A DNA stretch of 63,470 nucleotides, filler included, from Ministeria vibrans ATCC 50519 (taxonomy: Eukaryota; Protista; Filasterea), in assembly GCA_943704425.1 (NCBI GenBank). It is 11 parts of 11 records of this genome, joined end to end, with 100 filler letters (N's around TTAATTAATTAA, not from the genome) between each part and the next. Parts side by side here need not be neighbours in the genome. Positions count along the whole stretch, not along the records: positions 55,191 to 56,622 come from CALSCP010000409.1; positions 56,723 to 59,447 come from CALSCP010000670.1; positions 59,548 to 60,752 come from CALSCP010000365.1; positions 60,853 to 63,470 come from CALSCP010000878.1; 7 more parts are not named here. One strand, 5' to 3'. The translations under genes and the position numbers were made by a program. Every line of letters begins with the position of its first letter. The first letter of the stretch is position 1. A model generated the notes under the pieces. It did no database searches and was not told the origin of the DNA. It saw only the letters and a list, made by a program, of their open reading frames with translations. Shown piece by piece: positions 55,632 through 63,470 of the stretch.

Positions 55632-56589
55632 CTAGGGGATCCAGTGGTAGTGGCCGTCTGAGCAACGAAGAGAGTGAGTTGAGTGAGGTGCAGAGTGAGG
55701 TGCTGTTAGTGTACCGTCTGTGGCTGGGCCAAGAGAGGGAAGGGCATCCCACCCTGCTGCTGTGGGTGTGGCTGTTGGGGGTGGACACGGTGGTGGTGCA
55801 TCATGGCATAGTGGTGTCTCGTCTGCTGATCCTGCTCCCCCATCTCCATTATCGGATACTAACAAGAGACAGTATCGAGAGCGTGTTGAGTGTGACAGTG
55901 AATGAATAAATATGTGAGTACGTTGAGGGGGTGTTGGTGCTGCATGTATAGATCGTGTTGAAAGGGAGGTGCACCTGAGGGTGGATAAAATCCACCGGGA
56001 AAGGGCAGAAACGGACCCTGTTGGTAGGGGAAGTACATGGCTACAAAACGGTACATGGTACATGAATAGTGGGTTGAGTGACTCCGTCCACACTGTCATC
56101 GATATATCTATCATACGGGGCATGTGTGGCTGCTGCTGCTGCTGTTGTTGTTGCTGCTGCTGCTGGTGTCGCTGCTGTTGCTGCTGCTGTGGCTGCTGCG
56201 GATGGAGATGAAGATGCGGGTGCTGCTGCTGCTGCTGCTGCTGAGCATGTGCGACAGCAGCCGCCGCAGCCGCCGCCATGGCAAAAGGATCGTCATAGTA
56301 CGGCGGCACACCCCCGCCATTGTACTGCTGTTGTTGCTGCTGCTGCACCCCCCGCCGACCACCACCACCCCGTACATAGCCTCCTCCTCCTCCTCCTCCT
56401 CCTCCTCCCGACGATGACAGTTTCCGCATTGCCTGTCCCACATTCATCTGCTTCCCCAAATACCTAAACACACACACGCAGTTTTAGTGCACTTTTCTCT
56501 CCCGCTCTTCTTGTTTGGCTTACGTCACATTGCCCTTCTCTCGCACCATTCGCGCTTCTTCTTCCGTCGCAAACGTCAAAAATCCATAC
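55632..56589 (-). CDS. Boule/DAZ-like RRM RNA-binding protein with Gln/Pro/Tyr-rich tail, 5'-partial; 3' end approximate
   Basis: Spliced (G)YGFLTFATEEEARMVREKGNVT|YLGKQMNVGQAMRK. Confidence 0.65.
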
Positions 56590-56722
56590 CTGAACACACA
56601 CACCCAAAAAAAAAAAAAAAAANNNNNNNNNNNNNNNNNNNNNNNNNNNNNNNNNNNNNNNNNNNNTTAATTAATTAANNNNNNNNNNNNNNNNNNNNNN
56701 NNNNNNNNNNNNNNNNNNNNNN

Positions 56723-56850
56723 AGAGAGAGAGAAACAAAGTGATAGAGAGAGAGAAACAAAGTGATAGAGAGAGAGAAACAAAGTGATAGAGAGAGAGAA
56801 ACAAAGTGATAGAGAGAGAGAAACAAAGTGATAGAGAGAACAAAGTGATA
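56723..56850. repeat. Tandem array of the 22-nt unit GAGAGAGAGAAACAAAGTGATA
   Basis: About six units read directly; the same core is dispersed in many introns. Confidence 0.9.
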
Positions 56851-56968
56851 GAAAAACAACGTGATAGGAGAAAGAAAACAATCACAATAGAGGAGGAGAG
56901 TAAAAAACAGAAACAAAACGAGAATAGTTTAGAAGGGGTGCATTGGCAACATAGGTGGGCTGTCTCAC

Positions 56969-57415
56969 CGGCAAGTGACCGGGCCTCCTCTGCCGACACA
57001 ACTGGTGTTTTCAAATCGCACTTGGTACCCACTAGAATCGACAGCTGGTCGCGTTTACGCCAGGTCGCATGCTAGAAGAGGTGTAAGGAAGAGAGAGGGA
57101 AGACAAGGCAGACGCACCGATTCGACGCACGGAATGGAGCAGGAGCGAATGTGTTCAAACGACTCACGCGACGTCACGTCGTAGACGTATAGTACAGCAT
57201 CAATGCTTCGCAGGTAGCTGGAAGGGGGAGGGGGGGCGCAATGGAAGAGGAGGAGTGGTCAGAGGCGCCAGACCAAAATAACGACGACTTACACTGATAT
57301 CAAGTTTTCGATTTTCTCCTTGCTTATATCCCAGATTTCCAGTAGCGCGGACACGTCTTTGTAGATATCCTACGTATGAAAATGCCGACAACGAGGTGGT
57401 CAGCCAGGCGCCAAG

Positions 57416-57492
<77 letters not shown>

Positions 57493-57697
57493 AAAGTACC
57501 AAATGCGACGTGATTTCCGCACCAGACGTCGGCGTTGTCTTGATAGGAGGCGGGTGGTTCTTCAGTCTCAAGACGACCGATGTCTTGCCTGAGCTGTCGC
57601 GGCCAAGGACGGCCACTACGAGGAGAGCATCAGCACACACAACGGGAGACGAAGCCATACCGCGGAAGGACACGTCGAAATCACGAGCACTTGCCAT
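56969..57697 (-). CDS. Divergent Rab/Ras-like small GTPase, 3'-partial
   Basis: VLGRDSSGKTS, PTSG, EIWD, LYVYDVTSRESF, LVGTKCDL. Confidence 0.75.
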
Positions 57698-57896
57698 GCC
57701 CGCAGGAAAGCTACACGAGGTGCCTACAGTTCAACAAAGGCAAAATTATAATGAATATTCCCATAATTGCCTGTAATAAAAAAACTCCGAAAAAATGTTT
57801 ACAAACCGCATTGAGTTTCACATAGTTTCCAATTCACACAAATTTCAACAATTCAAATTCCTCGCACACAATAGACAGTTCACTCTCTTGTATGCA

Positions 57897-59243
57897 ATGA
57901 GGCTCTTGTGGTGCGTCGTGGCAACGGCGCTGCTGCTGTCGGTTGCGCCGGTGGGGGTGCGGAGCGTCGAATCTGACGATCCCTTTTCGATGTTTGAAGC
58001 GGACGAGTACGACGACGAACGGGCTGCGCCTCAAGGGAGCAGTCGCACGCGCGACATTGGGAAACGGGGTGGACAACAAAGTGGCGAGGAGGAAGGTGAC
58101 GAGGACGAAACGTATGCGTTTGATTTTGGCGAAGAGGAAGAAGAGTATTACGATGACGAGGAAGAGGAGGAGCCTGTGAAGCGAGGCTCGCGTGCGCCTG
58201 TGCCTTCACGACGCGGCAGCGACGGTGGCCAGGACGACGATGAAGAGGGCGAAGAAGACTTTGCATTTTCGTTTGGCGACGACGATGACGAGGTGGACGA
58301 GGAGGAGGAGCAGGAGGAGCAGGAGGGCTCACAAGCGACAAGTCGATTGGCGGGGCGCGGTAGGCGCGACGGGGAAGAGGAGGAGGAGGAGGAGGAGGAG
58401 GAGTACGCGTTTCCATTTGAGGACGACGAAGCCGACGACGAGGGAGGCGAGTCAACGGAGAGCAAGACAAAGAAGAATGAGGTACTCGATTCGATGTTTG
58501 ACGACGTTGGAGGGGAGGAGGAGGATGGCGATAGTTCAATGGACGACATGTTTGAGCTTGAGGACGACGAAGAAGAAGAGGGTGATGGGCAGACACGTCA
58601 ACGCGGGCGGGGATTGTCGTCACGCGACGATAACGGCAATGACGACGATGAGATGGAACGGAGACGAGCGGCGCAAGAGATGGAGGAGGAGGAGGAGGAG
58701 GATTACCAACGTCAGGGAGGCTACCAAGGCACCAATGGACGCTTCAAGGGCAAGTGTCCGGCAGGTTGCGAGTGTTTGACGGACGACGACATTGGTTGTG
58801 CCGTGTCTGTTTCGTGCGTGGGTCTCAGTGCGATGCCTACCAGCTACGATCCGCGCATCGACTGCGTCTCCATCGAGTCGTCTCCCAAACTGCGTCATCT
58901 TTCGCTTGAGGAGAAGCGTGCGGGCTTTCGTGCCCTTCCAACGGCACTGCGCTACCTGTCGCTCTTCCAGGCGCGCCTACACCCGTTGCCAGACGATGCA
59001 CTGTCACACTTGGTCAACGTGCGCTTCCTCAATCTCGAGGGTAACAATCTGGTGACACTACCCGAGACTTTGTTTGATGGATTGACCAAACTGAAGACAA
59101 TGTACCTGACGGGTGCACACTTTCTGCCTCATGAGGAGGGCTACCGCCTGAACAAGGATTCGGAGAACCGCATTCGCTCACTGCACGAGAATCAGTTTAA
59201 AGATCTCACAAACCTGCAAGTCCTTCTCATTCATCACAACCAG
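57897..59243 (+). CDS. Secreted LRR protein with long acidic N-terminal region and LRRNT cap, 3'-partial
   Basis: Signal peptide MRLLWCVV; Asp/Glu-rich tract; KCPAGCEC...VSC; LNLEGNNLVTLPETLFDGLTKL. Confidence 0.87.
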
Positions 59244-59365
59244 TAAGTAGCATTCGACGTCACAATCGATTTATTATTATAATTTATTATTATTAATTAT
59301 TATATGTTTTGTTTTGACATTGAATACAGCTCTCGATTCTCTATTATTTTATTTTCTTATTATTA

Positions 59366-59447
<82 letters not shown>

Positions 59448-59547
59448 NNNNNNNNNNNNNNNNNNNNNNNNNNNNNNNNNNNNNNNNNNNNTTAATTAAT
59501 TAANNNNNNNNNNNNNNNNNNNNNNNNNNNNNNNNNNNNNNNNNNNN

Positions 59548-60370
59548 CGGTGTAGACGGCAGCGGTGGCACCAACACGGCCGTGGGCAGTGGCACGCGAC
59601 TTGAGGTGACGGTGGATACGACCGACGGGGAACTACAAGGAGACATTCGCGGTAAGATGTAAGATGAAGAGATATGACCGGCCGAAACATCAACAACAAC
59701 ACCACACGCCCACGGCAAGGATGAATTCCAATGGGCACGAATGAATTGACACAAGTACACTTCAAGTATTGTTAGGGTAACTAAAACGGACTCGACGTGA
59801 CGCACAATGTCCAAACGGATTTTTTGTATTTCGCGCCAAATACGAAAATGGACAATACACACCTGTGATGCCCACACAATCGACACCAGGCAATGATTAC
59901 GTTTGCCACATAGCAAAGACGACAGAAGCAGCGACCCACACGAAACGGGAGGTCGAGAAGAGTCGATTGCGAAAAAACCGTTACAAAACAAAAAAAAAGA
60001 AAAGCAACGCGAGGGCGCACCACGGCCCGACAAGAGCAGGTTTTTCGATTTTTTCAACGAATTCGGCATATACAAGCCTTGATCTAACTCCAGACGCAAC
60101 AATCAAAACGCGAAAAAGACGCAGTAGCGCAGGATTCGCGAAAACAACAGAAAGTCAAGAAAAAAAAAACGTTTTTTCCTTGGGATTCTCACTACGTACC
60201 TGAAGTCCGGCCTTCTGCGAACGCGAAGTAGGCTGGGCCTTATCCTTGGTCTTGGCTCCGGTCTTGGCTCCCTTTGACGACTACAAGAAGAGGATCGAGA
60301 AACGTTGAGTTTCGCTTCTCTTCTTTTCGCGCCCCAATCAGTCAAAGAAAAATCATGCACCACGTACCAT
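59548..60370 (-). CDS. H2AZ: Histone H2A.Z, 3'-partial (exons 60370-60368, 60280-60200, 59632-59548)
   Basis: M|SSKGAK...TSRSQKAGLQ|FPVGRIHRHLKSRATAHGRVGATAAVYT; absent from the ORF track. Confidence 0.95.
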
Positions 60371-60707
60371 GATGTGTGGACGTAAAGTATTTGGTTGTTT
60401 GATGAATAAAACTGAAAATTGAAATTCTGATTTCTGAATGAGAATTTTTGAGATATGAGAAATCTGATCTTTGAATAATGATTGAGTCTTCGATGATCAT
60501 TCCCTTTTTTCTTTTGGCAGTGCACATTTCATAAAATACAGTGTGTTTCCACTGCGATCCTCTTAAAAGTTGAATTATGATAGCTCTGAAGTTTTCTTTT
60601 TCTCGACGTTTTCTTTTTGGTTGGATGGAGAATTGAAAATCCTCCGTTGGGGTTGGGGGGGGGGGTTGGTTGTATTACATATACACGAAAAGATTGCTCT
60701 TTCCAAT

Positions 60708-60752
60708 TTAGGCCTTCTCGCCCTCCTTGGCCTTGGCCTTCTTGAGGAGCGA
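60708..60752 (-). CDS. C-terminal fragment SLLKKAKAKEGEKA*, possibly the end of an upstream H2A/H2A.Z copy
   Basis: Strongly codon-biased basic tail ending in TAA at the contig edge. Confidence 0.45.
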   Translation of the reverse strand, partial: SLLKKAKAKEGEKA

Positions 60753-60852
60753 NNNNNNNNNNNNNNNNNNNNNNNNNNNNNNNNNNNNNNNNNNNNTTAA
60801 TTAATTAANNNNNNNNNNNNNNNNNNNNNNNNNNNNNNNNNNNNNNNNNNNN

Positions 60853-61158
60853 GCTTCTTGGGCACACGGCGCTTTTGAATGTCTCGCAGGAACACCTGAC
60901 GAATAAATCGTCCCATGACGTCTCTCTGTAGATCAACCTCTCAACTTGAGATGCAAATCATGCCTACCTGGACACCTCCGACGGATGCTTCGCCAAGAAG
61001 CTTGCTGAACTTCTTTGCATTGGCGTCAGGCTGAGCTTCGCCAGAATCTTTCCAATGCGCAAAATGTTTAGTGTCAAAAGTTCGAACTCTGCTTTGATTT
61101 ACCAGACGCCTTGTGTTCGTACGCAGCGGCACCACTGCGCTTACTCAACCGATTCATG
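60853..61158 (-). CDS. Hypothetical protein, 5' exons (Arg-rich, possible mitochondrial presequence)
   Basis: Coding-like segments bounded by GT-AG sites; no domain recognised. Confidence 0.4.
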
Positions 61159-61399
61159 CCAGAAGTGATAAACTTTTAAATTTTATTGTTCGGTCATTTA
61201 TCTAATTATCTCATTATCTGTTATCATTACGACGAGTTTGTTTTATGGATCGTGATACTGAGTTACACTCAAAGTGAACTCAACCGAACACTCAACACTC
61301 AACAGTCGAAATTTCAAATTTCAAATTATTTAGTGCTCTGTACGCGAAGTAGCTCCCATACACTGATTAGACCGATTTGTGTGGCTGAGATCGCTTGAT

Positions 61400-63470
<2,071 letters not shown>

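Overview
Eukaryotic nuclear DNA from an intron-rich unicellular eukaryote, probably a non-animal opisthokont (inferred from RPS6, H2A.Z and CCT7 sequences and animal-type TSP1/LRRNT modules, not proven). The window is not one locus: it is 11 contigs joined by ten artificial 100-nt linkers (N44-TTAATTAATTAA-N44), so neighbourhoods across linkers are meaningless. Genes carry short GT-AG introns, often filled with (CT)n, (TAA)n or TATCACTTTGTTTCT repeats, so the ORF track fragments most of them; I spliced them by eye and exon boundaries are approximate. Housekeeping genes: KAT5/Esa1, DNAJB12-like, PIKfyve (3' end), MCM5 (3' end), RPS6, class I PDE, RTF2, Eco1/ESCO, TDP1, CCT7, RABL3, RPL28, H2A.Z, an SH3-PX sorting nexin, and tRNA-Ala(AGC). 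Several genes encode bacterial-style carbohydrate or secreted enzymes (GxGYxYP, GH3+ricin, PL5 alginate lyase, GH63/MGH1-like, FAD oxidase, SBBP propeller). Top finding: three separate ORFs at 32010-35310 (-) splice in frame into one Roc-COR GTPase fused to a C-terminal caspase-family (C14) protease with an intact His/Cys dyad, a candidate GTPase-switched cell-death/immune effector. Other notable items: a Boule/DAZ-like RRM gene, a Gti1/Pac2 (WOPR) transcription factor, an ISG12/IFI27-family protein, a tRNA-Ala with a ~9-10 nt D-loop insertion, a retrotransposon APE endonuclease starting right after (TTAGGG)n repeats, an unnamed dispersed repeat in four contigs, and one probable misassembly.
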